Assembly (NCBI GenBank): GCA_000992445.2
Contig: LBUF02000011.1
Span: 35,556-99,555, forward strand
Direction of reading: 5' to 3'
Length of the DNA: 64,000 bases
From: Parcubacteria group bacterium GW2011_GWA2_38_13b
Lineage (GTDB): Bacteria > Patescibacteriota > Minisyncoccia > GWA2-38-13b
In this document: in pieces, positions 45,895 through 55,806 of the stretch
How the letters are laid out: every line of letters starts with the position of its first letter
Numbering within the stretch: the first letter of the stretch is position 1
Program-made: the position numbers and the translations under genes
Notes under the pieces: generated by a model
What the model saw: only the letters and a program-made list of their open reading frames with translations
Database searches by the model: none
What the model was told of the DNA's origin: nothing

Positions 45895-46269
45895 CTAAAT
45901 AGAAGCTTGGTATAAATCTTCAAAATTGGCGTTATTTTCAGAAAAAAATTTTTCCTTTATTTCTTTTGTAGCTTTATTTTTATGCAGATATGGTGGATTA
46001 GTACAGACAAATTTATAATTTTTAGGTGAATTTATGGAATCGTTGAAAAAAACATTTATTTCATCAATGTAATTTTCGTCGCAATCAAAACCTATAAATT
46101 TTTTACATTTATTATTCTTTGCCCAATTTAATAAATCTCGCTTTCCGGCGAAAGGATCGGAAACATTTTTATTTTTTATAAAATCACCAAATCCTTGCAG
46201 GATATAGTCAGAGTTCGTAGTAAAGAATTGTCCCAAACTTCGTTTTTTGATAATAGCGTTCATATTCAT
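45895..46269 (-). pseudogene. N6-adenine DNA methyltransferase, N-terminal fragment only (124 aa)
   Basis: Motif X LGQFFT, motif I DPFAGKRDLL and motif IV NPPY. The ORF stops at DLYQASI, before motifs V-VIII and any target-recognition domain. Confidence 0.6.
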
Positions 46270-46346
46270 ATTATACCAAAAATCCGCGAAGCGTGAAATG
46301 GGGAAAAGATATAAATAAGATTATTGGCGTTATTATCGCTTTGTAT

Positions 46347-46386
46347 AAAAAATAGTCCCCCGCAATAATGCGGGGGACTATTTTTT
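46347..46386. terminator. rpoC intrinsic terminator (bidirectional hairpin)
   Basis: TAGTCCCCCGC-aataat-GCGGGGGACTA flanked by A6 and T6. Confidence 0.85.
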
Positions 46387-46405
46387 AAAATTTCGTAAAT
46401 AATCA

Positions 46406-49400
46406 TTACTCTTCCCTGGCCCATCCTTTTAATCCCGTTCCCGCGGGAATCAATTTTCCTATAATTACATTTTCTTTCAATCCGTACAAATAATCTTTTT
46501 TTCCGACAGTGGATGCTTCAATGAGAACCCTTGCCGTTTCCTGAAAAGATGCCGCCGAGAGAAAACTGGATGTCGTTAAAGCGACTTTAGTTATTCCCAA
46601 AACAAGAAATTCACAAACGGCAAGCTTGCCTTGTTTCTTTGCGACTCTTTCGTTTTCTTCATTGAAACAATCCTTTTCCACTATATCGCCAGGTAAAAGA
46701 TCGGTATCTCCGACATTTTTAATTTTAACTCTGGAAAACATTTGTTTAATTATGACTTCGATGTGCTTATCGTGTATTTGATCGCCGGCCGTACTGTATA
46801 TGCTCTGGATTTCACGAAGAATATAACGCTGAACCTCTTCTTTGCCGGCTATCCTGAATAATTCTTTCAAGTCAATATTCCCATCGCAAAGCATCTGCCC
46901 TTGATGCACCAAATCGTCTTTGGCAACCATCAATGTCGTCTTGGCCGGTATTGTGTATTTCGAAACGGAAGATTTTTTATCGCCGGATTTATCTTTATCC
47001 GTTGATTTTACCATAACGATTTTTTGCTTATTTTCTTCCGCAATAGAGATAACCTTGCCGTCGCATTCCGCGATTGTAGATTTGCCTTTCGGAATTCTGG
47101 CCTCGAATATTTCTTCCACCCGTGGCAACCCCTGCGTGATATCGGCTTCACCCGCAACTCCTCCGGTATGAAAAGTTCTCATCGTTAATTGCGTTCCCGG
47201 TTCACCAATAGCCTGAGCCGTTACAATGCCAATCGCCTCTCCGACATCAATCAACTTATTACGTCCCAAATCCTGCCCATAACATTTCTGGCATACACCA
47301 TATTTTGTTTTGCAAGAAATCACGGAACGCACAAGAATCTTTTCTATTCCCGAATATTCTATTTTTTTAGCCATTTCCTTGTCAATTAAATCGCCTTTCT
47401 TAACTATTATTTCATCGTTTTGATCTTTTATATTTTCCTGAGCGTATCTTCCCTTGACTCTGAATTCAAAAGCGTATCCATTTTCATCGCCATCTTTTTT
47501 CCATAGATTAATTCCGTCTTTTCCTCCGCAATCCTCTTCCCTAACTACAACATCCTGGGATACATCAACCAATCTTCTTGTAAGATACCCTGCGGTCGCT
47601 GTTTTAAGAGCGGTGTCCGCCGTCCCCTTTCTCGCGCCGTGAGTAGAAATAAAATATTCCAACACGCTTAAACCTTCTTTAAAACTTCCTTTTACCGGAA
47701 GTTCAATGGTATTGCCGGAAGGATTAACCATAAGCCCTCTCATTCCCATAAGCTGCGCCATAACCGGCCAAGATCCTCGAGCTCCGGAATTAACTATCGT
47801 ATAGATAGGATGAAACTCGTCTATAGTCGCGGAAACTTCCTTAGCGATTTGGTCCGTAGCTTTAAACCAAATATCGATAGCCAAGGATTTTCTTTCGTCA
47901 TTAGTCAAAAAACCCTGGTTATATTGCTCTTTTATCTTAGCGATATTTTCTTCGGCTTTTTCCAATATTTCCCGCTTTTTTTTCGGAACCTGCAAATCAT
48001 CCATTCCCCAACTGATACCGGACTTAGTAGAATACTTAAAGCCCAGATCTTTCAGCGCATCTAAAATATCGCCTGTATTTTTTACGCCATAACGGTCAAT
48101 GATATCGCTTATCATAAGCTTCAATGATTTTTTGTTCATTTCGTTATTTATAAATTCCATACCAACGGGCAGAACTTCGTTAAACAATATTCTTCCCAAA
48201 CAAGTTTCTATAATCCGGCTGCCAACGGGAATTGATTCGGCATCTCCGCTAATCCGTTTTGATATTCTGACTTTAATCTTCGCTTTTATATCTATTTGCC
48301 GAAATTGATAAGCCAAAACAGCTTCTTTTTCATCGGCAAAAATTCTGTCTTCACCCTTGCGTCCGGGCTGAATCTTGGTCATCCAATAACATCCCAACAC
48401 TATGTCTTTATGTGGCACCGCTACTGGTTCGCCGGTAGACGGTTTAAAAATATTATTGGATGCCAGCATAATATCCCGCGCTTCTTTTTGCGCCTCTTTG
48501 GTAAGCGGAAGATGAACCGCCATTTGATCGCCGTCAAAATCAGCGTTAAAAGCGGTGCAAACCAACGGATGTATTTGAATAGCGTCGCCTTCAATCAATA
48601 TCGGTTTAAACGCTTGAATGCCCAAACGATGTAAAGTCGGCGCTCTATTCAAAAGCACATACTTTTCCTTAATGATTTCTTCTAAAATTTCCCAAACTTC
48701 CGTTACTTCCTGCTCAATCAATCTTCCGGCTCCTCTGACATTATACGCCAATTCCCTTTCTATGAGTTTATTTATGACAAACGGCCGAAAAAGTTCCAAA
48801 GCCATTTTCTTCGGCAACCCGCATTGAAAAAGTTTAAGATCCGGTCCGACAACTATGACCGAACGGCCGGAATAATCAACGCGTTTTCCCAAAAGATTTT
48901 GACGAAATCGTCCGTGTTTTCCCTTTAACATATCGGCCAATGATTTTAATGGTCGCTTCTGACCGGTCGAAGCGGTTACGGTTCCTTGCGTATGGCGCGC
49001 GCTATTGTCTATTAAAGCATCAACGGCTTCCTGGAGCATTCTTTTTTCATTACGACAAATAATTTCCGGAGCATTCAGCTCTATTAACTTTTTTAAACGA
49101 TTATTTCTATTAATAACACGTCTATATAAATCATTCACATCGGAAGTGGCATAACGCCCTCCATCCAACTGAACCATTGGCCTTAAATCCGGCGGTATTA
49201 CGGGAATATGCGTAATAATCATCCACTCCGGCCGAATATTGGCCCGCAATAAACCTTCAATCAAACGAAAACGTTTTAATATTTTTTTATCTTGAGTTTT
49301 TTTCTTTAAAATTTCTTCACTTACTTGATCGCGAAGTTCCGTCAAATTTATCCCTTCTAATATTTTTCTTATGGCGCCAGCTCCAAGATCAGCCTCGAAA

Positions 49401-50017
49401 ATATGAGCATACTTCAAGCTTAAACGATAAAAAGACGATTCGCTTAAAACTTTTAGCGGCTTTAATTCTTCCAACTCTTTTTCAACTTGATCTTTCGATG
49501 CCTTTAATTGATTTTTATCTTTTTGCGTTGTTTGCTGTTTTAATTTAATTTTATATTCCCTATCCAAGGAAACAAAAGCTTCCTGCCTCGCTTTTTCATC
49601 AACCTTCATAACAATATAACTCGCGAAATAAACGACTCTTTCCACCTCCTGCAATGATATGTCCAATAAAAGACCTATGCGCGAAGGCACTCCCCTTAGA
49701 AACCAAATATGGGCAACCGGCGAAGCAAGTTGAATATGCCCCATTCTTTCCCTTCGAACCGCCGCTCTCGTTACTTCAACACCGCATTTATCACATACAA
49801 TCCCCTTATACCGTATTCTTTTATACTTACCGCAATAACATTCCCAATCTTTTTCCGGACCGAAAATTCTTTCGCAAAACAAACCGTCTCTCTCGGATTT
49901 TTGAGTCCGGTAATTTATAGTCTCCGGCTTCAATACTTCTCCGTGAGACCAGCCCAAAATAACTTCCGGAGAAGCTATGCTTATTTTTAACGCTTTAAAA
50001 TCAACTAATCTGGACAA
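46406..50017 (-). CDS. rpoC: RNA polymerase beta-prime subunit (TTG start)
   Basis: NADFDGD catalytic loop. Length is 1203 aa. Confidence 0.97.
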   Translation of the reverse strand: MSRLVDFKALKISIASPEVILGWSHGEVLKPETINYRTQKSERDGLFCERIFGPEKDWECYCGKYKRIRYKGIVCDKCGVEVTRAAVRRERMGHIQLASPVAHIWFLRGVPSRIGLLLDISLQEVERVVYFASYIVMKVDEKARQEAFVSLDREYKIKLKQQTTQKDKNQLKASKDQVEKELEELKPLKVLSESSFYRLSLKYAHIFEADLGAGAIRKILEGINLTELRDQVSEEILKKKTQDKKILKRFRLIEGLLRANIRPEWMIITHIPVIPPDLRPMVQLDGGRYATSDVNDLYRRVINRNNRLKKLIELNAPEIICRNEKRMLQEAVDALIDNSARHTQGTVTASTGQKRPLKSLADMLKGKHGRFRQNLLGKRVDYSGRSVIVVGPDLKLFQCGLPKKMALELFRPFVINKLIERELAYNVRGAGRLIEQEVTEVWEILEEIIKEKYVLLNRAPTLHRLGIQAFKPILIEGDAIQIHPLVCTAFNADFDGDQMAVHLPLTKEAQKEARDIMLASNNIFKPSTGEPVAVPHKDIVLGCYWMTKIQPGRKGEDRIFADEKEAVLAYQFRQIDIKAKIKVRISKRISGDAESIPVGSRIIETCLGRILFNEVLPVGMEFINNEMNKKSLKLMISDIIDRYGVKNTGDILDALKDLGFKYSTKSGISWGMDDLQVPKKKREILEKAEENIAKIKEQYNQGFLTNDERKSLAIDIWFKATDQIAKEVSATIDEFHPIYTIVNSGARGSWPVMAQLMGMRGLMVNPSGNTIELPVKGSFKEGLSVLEYFISTHGARKGTADTALKTATAGYLTRRLVDVSQDVVVREEDCGGKDGINLWKKDGDENGYAFEFRVKGRYAQENIKDQNDEIIVKKGDLIDKEMAKKIEYSGIEKILVRSVISCKTKYGVCQKCYGQDLGRNKLIDVGEAIGIVTAQAIGEPGTQLTMRTFHTGGVAGEADITQGLPRVEEIFEARIPKGKSTIAECDGKVISIAEENKQKIVMVKSTDKDKSGDKKSSVSKYTIPAKTTLMVAKDDLVHQGQMLCDGNIDLKELFRIAGKEEVQRYILREIQSIYSTAGDQIHDKHIEVIIKQMFSRVKIKNVGDTDLLPGDIVEKDCFNEENERVAKKQGKLAVCEFLVLGITKVALTTSSFLSAASFQETARVLIEASTVGKKDYLYGLKENVIIGKLIPAGTGLKGWAREE

Positions 50018-50095
50018 TTTTTTTATAAATGCGTAAATCCACTGTAATTGCCGAAAAAACTTTAAACAATTACGGCGCCTACAACATAAACTTTA

Positions 50096-50181
50096 CCCCC
50101 ATTAGAAATTAAAAATTTGCGCTGTCATAATAAATTTATATTTTAAATCCCCGTAATTAATCTATGAAATTTCTAACGGGG
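50096..50181 (-). promoter_or_regulatory. Long hairpin in the rpoB-rpoC spacer built from the CCCCGTTAGAAATT motif
   Basis: On the minus-strand RNA, CCCCGUUAGAAAUU...AAUUUCUAAUGGGG forms 14 bp, with the single difference giving a G-U pair. The loop is 57 nt. Confidence 0.55.
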
Positions 50182-50192
50182 TTTATAAATTT

Positions 50193-53100
50193 CTACTTTT
50201 TTGCAATAGTATTTTTAACGGATTCTTCATTAGTAATCACTTCGGCATTTAAGCATAATCCCTTTAGCTCATTTAATAAAACATAAAAAGATGCGGGAAT
50301 ATTCGGATTCTTGATTGTTCTTCCTCTTATTATGGAATCATAAGCCGCGGCCCTGCCTAAAACATCATCCGATTTTATCGTAATCATTTCCTGGAGCGTA
50401 TGCGCGGCGCCATAACCCTCGAGAGCCCAAACTTCCATTTCACCGAATCTTTGTCCGCCAAATTGCGCTTTTCCGCCCAACGGTTGTTGAGTAATAAGAG
50501 AATAAGGTCCGATTGAACGCATATGAATCTTATCTTCAACCAAATGATGAAGTTTCATCATATATATGTATCCGACCGTTGACGCCTGATCGAATAATTC
50601 GCCTGTTCTGCCATCATAAAGATTCATTTTTCCGGATTCATTAAAACCGGCGCGTTTTAATTCTTTCTTAATGTCCTCCTCGGGAACACCGTTCAAAGCC
50701 GGACTCAAAGCCTTGTAATCAAGATATTTAGCCGCCATACCCAAATGAGTTTCCAAAATTTGTCCTATATTCATTCTAGAAGCGACGCCCAACGGATTTA
50801 AAATGATATCAACCGGCGTTCCATCTTCCATATAAGGCATCTCTTCAACCGGCAATATTTTTGATACCACTCCCTTATTTCCGTGTCTGCCGGCCAATTT
50901 ATCACCTGCCGCTATTTTTCTTAATTGCGCCACTTCAACTTGAATGGATTTAATCACTCCGGACGGCAATTTATCTCCTTGATCGCGCGAAAGCACGCGA
51001 ACACCAACGACCCTGCCACGTTTTCCATGAGCTAACAGTAAGGAAGTATCTTTAATATCTCTCGCTTTTTCTCCGAAAATGGCGCGCAAAAGACGCTCTT
51101 CCGGCGTTAAATCAGCTTCACCCTTTGGCGAAATCTTGCCGACCAAAATACTTAAAGGAAAAACATCGGCTCCTATTCTTATTATACCGTCTTCATCCAA
51201 ATCCTTTAATTTCTCTTCTCCGACATTGGGAATATCGGGAGTTGTAATTTCCGGTCCTAATTTGGTATCTCTGACATCGCAAATAAAATTTTCGATATGT
51301 ATTGAAGTGAAACGATCGTCTTGCACTAATTTTTCCGAAATGATTATGGCATCTTCAAAATTAGCTCCGGCCCAGGGCATAAACACGACTAAAATATTCT
51401 GACCCAAAGCCAGCTCTCCTTTATCGGTTGACGCGCCATCAGCTATGGCATCTCCCTTTTTCACCGCATCGAATTTCTTAACCAACGGTCTGTTGTGAAT
51501 ACAAGTAAATTGATTGGAACGGCTAAAAATATTCAAACGATAATTCGTGAATCTGCCATTTTTATCTTTTGATTCTTTATTTTCTATCAAAATATGGCTT
51601 GCGTCCGCTTCTTTCACTATTCCATCTTGCGAAGCCGCAATAATTTGTCCCGAATCCATCGCCGATTTTTTCTCAAGACCGGTACCAACTAAAGATGCCT
51701 GCGGCGCAATGCAAGATACAGCCTGTCTCTGCATATTCGATCCCATCAAGGCCCTGTTGGCATCGTCGTGCTCCAAAAAAGGAATCAATGAAGCGGCTAC
51801 GCTAAATGATTGTTTCGGAGAAACATCCATAAAATCAACAGCATCACGGTCCACTATCCCTGGTTCACCTTTAATTCTAGCTGCAACTTTTTTTGTTAAA
51901 AAATGGCCGTCTTCATCGTATTGCACGCTGGCTTCGGCAATGTTATATTTTTCGTCTTCCAAGGCATCAAAATAAACGATTTCATCGGTTATCTTGCCTC
52001 TGGAAACTTTACGATAAGGAGTTTCTATAAAGCCGTATTTGTTGATCCTTGAATAACAAGCAAGATGGCTTATCAATCCGATATTCTGACCTTCGGGCGT
52101 TTGAATGGGACAAATCCTTCCGTAAAAACTGGGATGCACATCGCGAACTTCAAAACCGGCGCGCTCTCTCATTAATCCTCCGGGACCCATTGTCGAAAGA
52201 CGCCTTTTGTGTTCAAGCTCGGCTAACGGATTAATTTGGTCCATAAATTGCGAAAGTTGCGAAGAAGTAAAAAATTCCTTAATCGATGCCGTAAACGGTC
52301 TTATATTCACTAATTGAGCGGCGGTTATGATTTCCACATCCAATGTACTCATCCTGTCTTTAATTATTCTTTCCATTCTCGTCAATCCTATTCGTAATTT
52401 ATTTTGCAAAAGTTCGCCTAAAGTCCTGACCCGCCTATTGCCCAAATGATCTATATCGTCAGGCTTGGCATTGGGATCATTATTTAATTTTATAATTTCG
52501 CTTATGATCGCAACCAAATCTTCTTTATTAAGAATCCTGCCTTTTTCTTCCGATGTCTTGAGATTCAAACGTTGATTTAATTTATATCTGCCGACTCTGG
52601 AAATATCATAACGGCTGAAATTGAAAAACATTCCTTCAATCAATTGACGGGCATTATCTGCCGTAGCCAAATCGCCGGGGCGAATTCTCTTGTATATTTC
52701 AACAAAAGATTCCGCTTTGTTTTTCGCTATATCCTTATCCAGTGTAGATTTTATAAATTTAACATTCGGATTTACATCAACATCCTTAAAAGCTTTTTGT
52801 ATTTCCGCATCCGTTTCCAACCCGAAAATTCTCAATAAAGAAGTAGCGGGAATTTTACGTTTGCGATCGATACGCACATAAATTACACCCGTCAAATCTG
52901 TTTCAAATTCAAGCCACGCGCCGCGATTCGGTATGATTTTCCCTCCGAAAAGCTGGCGTGTTTTATACGAATTCGCGGAAAAGAAAACCCCGGGGGATCT
53001 TATGAGCTGCGACACAACGACCCTCTCCACTCCATTAACAATAAAAGTGCCCCTGTCAGTTATAACGGGAAAATCGCCAAGATAAATATCCTGCTCTTTT

Positions 53101-53387
53101 ATTTCACCGCTTTTTTTGATAAGCAAAGATAATTTGCATCTCAAAGCGGCCTCAAAAGAAGCATTATGCTCTTTCGCTTTAATTTCGTCGTATTTCGGTT
53201 CATCGAAACGATAACCGCCAAAAGTAAGCTCCATTATTTTCCCCGTAGTATCTTTGATGGGAGAAATTTCCTGAAATAATTCTTTGATTCCCTCTTTAAC
53301 AAACCAATCGTAAGAATCGGTTTGAAGACTAATAAGGTTGGGTATGGGATAAATTTCCGTACGAAAATTTGAAAAATGTTTGCGCAT
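50193..53387 (-). CDS. rpoB: RNA polymerase beta subunit
   Basis: 1064 aa with GGKAQFGGQRFGEMEVWALE and other beta signatures. Confidence 0.97.
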   Translation of the reverse strand: MRKHFSNFRTEIYPIPNLISLQTDSYDWFVKEGIKELFQEISPIKDTTGKIMELTFGGYRFDEPKYDEIKAKEHNASFEAALRCKLSLLIKKSGEIKEQDIYLGDFPVITDRGTFIVNGVERVVVSQLIRSPGVFFSANSYKTRQLFGGKIIPNRGAWLEFETDLTGVIYVRIDRKRKIPATSLLRIFGLETDAEIQKAFKDVDVNPNVKFIKSTLDKDIAKNKAESFVEIYKRIRPGDLATADNARQLIEGMFFNFSRYDISRVGRYKLNQRLNLKTSEEKGRILNKEDLVAIISEIIKLNNDPNAKPDDIDHLGNRRVRTLGELLQNKLRIGLTRMERIIKDRMSTLDVEIITAAQLVNIRPFTASIKEFFTSSQLSQFMDQINPLAELEHKRRLSTMGPGGLMRERAGFEVRDVHPSFYGRICPIQTPEGQNIGLISHLACYSRINKYGFIETPYRKVSRGKITDEIVYFDALEDEKYNIAEASVQYDEDGHFLTKKVAARIKGEPGIVDRDAVDFMDVSPKQSFSVAASLIPFLEHDDANRALMGSNMQRQAVSCIAPQASLVGTGLEKKSAMDSGQIIAASQDGIVKEADASHILIENKESKDKNGRFTNYRLNIFSRSNQFTCIHNRPLVKKFDAVKKGDAIADGASTDKGELALGQNILVVFMPWAGANFEDAIIISEKLVQDDRFTSIHIENFICDVRDTKLGPEITTPDIPNVGEEKLKDLDEDGIIRIGADVFPLSILVGKISPKGEADLTPEERLLRAIFGEKARDIKDTSLLLAHGKRGRVVGVRVLSRDQGDKLPSGVIKSIQVEVAQLRKIAAGDKLAGRHGNKGVVSKILPVEEMPYMEDGTPVDIILNPLGVASRMNIGQILETHLGMAAKYLDYKALSPALNGVPEEDIKKELKRAGFNESGKMNLYDGRTGELFDQASTVGYIYMMKLHHLVEDKIHMRSIGPYSLITQQPLGGKAQFGGQRFGEMEVWALEGYGAAHTLQEMITIKSDDVLGRAAAYDSIIRGRTIKNPNIPASFYVLLNELKGLCLNAEVITNEESVKNTIAKK

Positions 53388-53624
53388 AATTATTATTTAC
53401 ACAATGCGAAATGCAACGGAAAACCACGAATTTATTGCAGGTAATCCGCGATTTTATTTCGCAAAAATAGGCACAAAAACATCCCAAAGAATAATCAAAA
53501 CCTTGGGTTGTATTTTATTTATTTAATAATAAATTGCAAAAAAATTATTATCCAAAAAAATTAAATATTGATGAATGCGCAATTCATAACCGCCGATAAA
53601 TAATGCAAAAACAGTATAAATATT

Positions 53625-53652
53625 ATTATATTCCCACCGAAAAATTTGTCAA
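53625..53652 (-). promoter_or_regulatory. Consensus sigma70-type promoter upstream of rpoB
   Basis: Minus strand reads TTGACA-N16-TATAAT. This predicts a 5' UTR of about 230 nt. Confidence 0.6.
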
Positions 53653-53799
53653 GAGCAAAAACATTATTTCCGTCCAGCGCATACTATCGACAAACTATTA
53701 TGGTTTACTATACTGATGATGTCTTTCGGTTCTATACATAGAATCGTTAGGGTTATACGTTCAAGGGTCACCCTCTTAATTGAAGGTGGCTTTTATTTT

Positions 53800-54705
53800 T
53801 TACTTTCGTATCAACACCGGCGTTTTCAGGTCGGCGAAATTATAAACTTCTTCCGCGTCGCCGATGCCTAAACGCACGCAACCGTGCGACACCGCTTTCC
53901 CCATATCAGACGATGCTTCCCGAACGCCGTTAATGAACGGCAACTCATGAAAACCATTTTCCGTTGAACCGACATAATAAATACCCATCCAAAAAGGCAT
54001 TTTCCAGCGCTGCCCCGGAATACCTCCGTAAGCCACCGGCCATTTGCTTAAAATAGAGAAATTTCCCGCCTTGGTGGCATGACTTGGACGCCCGCTGGAA
54101 ATTACGTATTCTTTCAAAATTTTATTCTTCTCCCATATCTTCATTCGCTGCGCGCCAAGATTTATTTCTATGCATTTAAACGGCGTTTCCCCGCAGGTTT
54201 GAAGTTTCTGCAATGCCTGTTCATCCATTATTGTTTGCGAAGCGCCACTCTGTGGCAATTTTTGCGGTGAAATCTCCGGCAAATCAATCAGATAAAATTT
54301 ATCATCGAACTTCGAATCGGATTTGGCTACTTTTACGACGCCGATTTTATCCCAACCGAATAATCGAAAAATTTTATTAACAACGGAAGCGCTGAATATA
54401 TTGCCGCTGTTTTGAAAACGCAAATCATAAATTCGACCGCCTTCCAATAGAATTAACGGCACAATCGCCAATTCTTTTTTTGACGATGACCAAATAAAAT
54501 CAACCGGCGTATCGGGATTGATTTTAAAATATTTTTCCAAAACAGACGCTTCTTGCGGTTCGTCAAACGACAACCTTATAATTCCGGACGAATCGATATC
54601 CGTTGAAATCAACTTTATTTTCGCATCTCCCGGTTGAAAAAAGGAAAAAATCATACCGGAGAAAACAAGCATTGAAATTAAAACCGAATATTTGAAAAAA
54701 TTCAT
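53800..54705 (-). CDS. L,D-transpeptidase (YkuD domain)
   Basis: Signal/TM N-terminus and the catalytic motif SHGCVRL. Confidence 0.88.
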   Translation of the reverse strand: MNFFKYSVLISMLVFSGMIFSFFQPGDAKIKLISTDIDSSGIIRLSFDEPQEASVLEKYFKINPDTPVDFIWSSSKKELAIVPLILLEGGRIYDLRFQNSGNIFSASVVNKIFRLFGWDKIGVVKVAKSDSKFDDKFYLIDLPEISPQKLPQSGASQTIMDEQALQKLQTCGETPFKCIEINLGAQRMKIWEKNKILKEYVISSGRPSHATKAGNFSILSKWPVAYGGIPGQRWKMPFWMGIYYVGSTENGFHELPFINGVREASSDMGKAVSHGCVRLGIGDAEEVYNFADLKTPVLIRK

Positions 54706-54720
54706 TTTATTTTTTTTAAT

Positions 54721-55806
54721 TTAAGAATAAACTTTAATATTTTCCAAAAAACCCATAGCCATAAAACTAGCCAACAAACTGCTGCCGCCATAACTCAAAA
54801 AAGGAAAAGTTAAACCCGTTATCGGAAAAAAACCTATATTCATACCGACATTTATTATAATCTGAGAAAACATAATCAAACAAATTCCGGTTACGCATAA
54901 ACGGGCAAAATTATTTGAAGACGATAAAAATATTTTAATCATTCTGTATAGTATAAAAATCAAAAGCAATACTAAAAATATAGCTCCCAAACCGCCCCAT
55001 TCTTCGACAAAAGAAGCGAATATAAAATCGGTGTGGGCTTCAGGCAAAAATCCGAATCGCGCCTGCGAACCATGCCCCAAGCCCTTCCCCCAAAAACCTG
55101 CCGATCCAATGGATGCCAATGATTGAATTAAATTATAGCCATGCCCCAGGGGATCGATATCCGGCTTAAGATAAAAAAGAATTCTGGCTTTCTGATAATC
55201 TTTCAAAACGAAAAACCATCCTATCGCGGCCGCTATCGCGCCGCTTCCGGAAATGATTCCAAAATGATACGGTTTTATTCCGGTAATCATAATTATGCCA
55301 AACCAAAGAATGAACAAAACCGTTGCCATACCGAAATCCGGCTGCGCAAAAATCAAAAAACCGGGTATACCGACATATATGCCTGAAATTATAATATGCT
55401 TTATTTTATACATTTCTATATGCCGGACGGAAAAATATTTCGCCAGCAAAAAAACCAAAATCAGCTTGGCAAACTCGGCCGGCTGAAAATTAAAATTAAC
55501 GATCCTAAACCAACTCGCCGCGCCACGAATTTTAAAATTCACCAGTAAAAGAAAAATCAAAAGTATGACTATAACGATATAAAGAAATATAACCGTAAAT
55601 GAATGATTTTTAAAAATCCGGTAATCGATAAATCCGGTTAAAAAAAACATAATGATTCCAATCCCTCCCCATATCAATTGTTTTTTAAAAAAATCCAAAC
55701 TCGTATCAACGCTATATACAGTAAAAAGCCCGATCGCGAAAAGCAAAATAACGGCCGAGAAAAGCAACCAATCAAATTTTCTGAAATATTGAGATATGGA
55801 AATCAT
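54721..55806 (-). CDS. rodA: SEDS-family protein (RodA-like, second paralogue)
   Basis: 361 aa polytopic protein with C-terminal FPFLSYGGSS. Assigned RodA because the other SEDS gene sits in the mur cluster. Confidence 0.7.
   Translation of the reverse strand: MISISQYFRKFDWLLFSAVILLFAIGLFTVYSVDTSLDFFKKQLIWGGIGIIMFFLTGFIDYRIFKNHSFTVIFLYIVIVILLIFLLLVNFKIRGAASWFRIVNFNFQPAEFAKLILVFLLAKYFSVRHIEMYKIKHIIISGIYVGIPGFLIFAQPDFGMATVLFILWFGIIMITGIKPYHFGIISGSGAIAAAIGWFFVLKDYQKARILFYLKPDIDPLGHGYNLIQSLASIGSAGFWGKGLGHGSQARFGFLPEAHTDFIFASFVEEWGGLGAIFLVLLLIFILYRMIKIFLSSSNNFARLCVTGICLIMFSQIIINVGMNIGFFPITGLTFPFLSYGGSSLLASFMAMGFLENIKVYS

Noticed and set aside
53660-53799. Possible tRNA, tmRNA, RNase P or SRP RNA in the long non-coding gaps (also 33045-33301 and 22306-22504)
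   Set aside because: I found no cloverleaf with a GTTCRA T-loop and CCA-compatible acceptor, no GAGGAAAGTCC (RNase P) box and no SRP GGAA/AGCA motif. A proper covariance-model scan (tRNAscan-SE, Infernal) is still needed.
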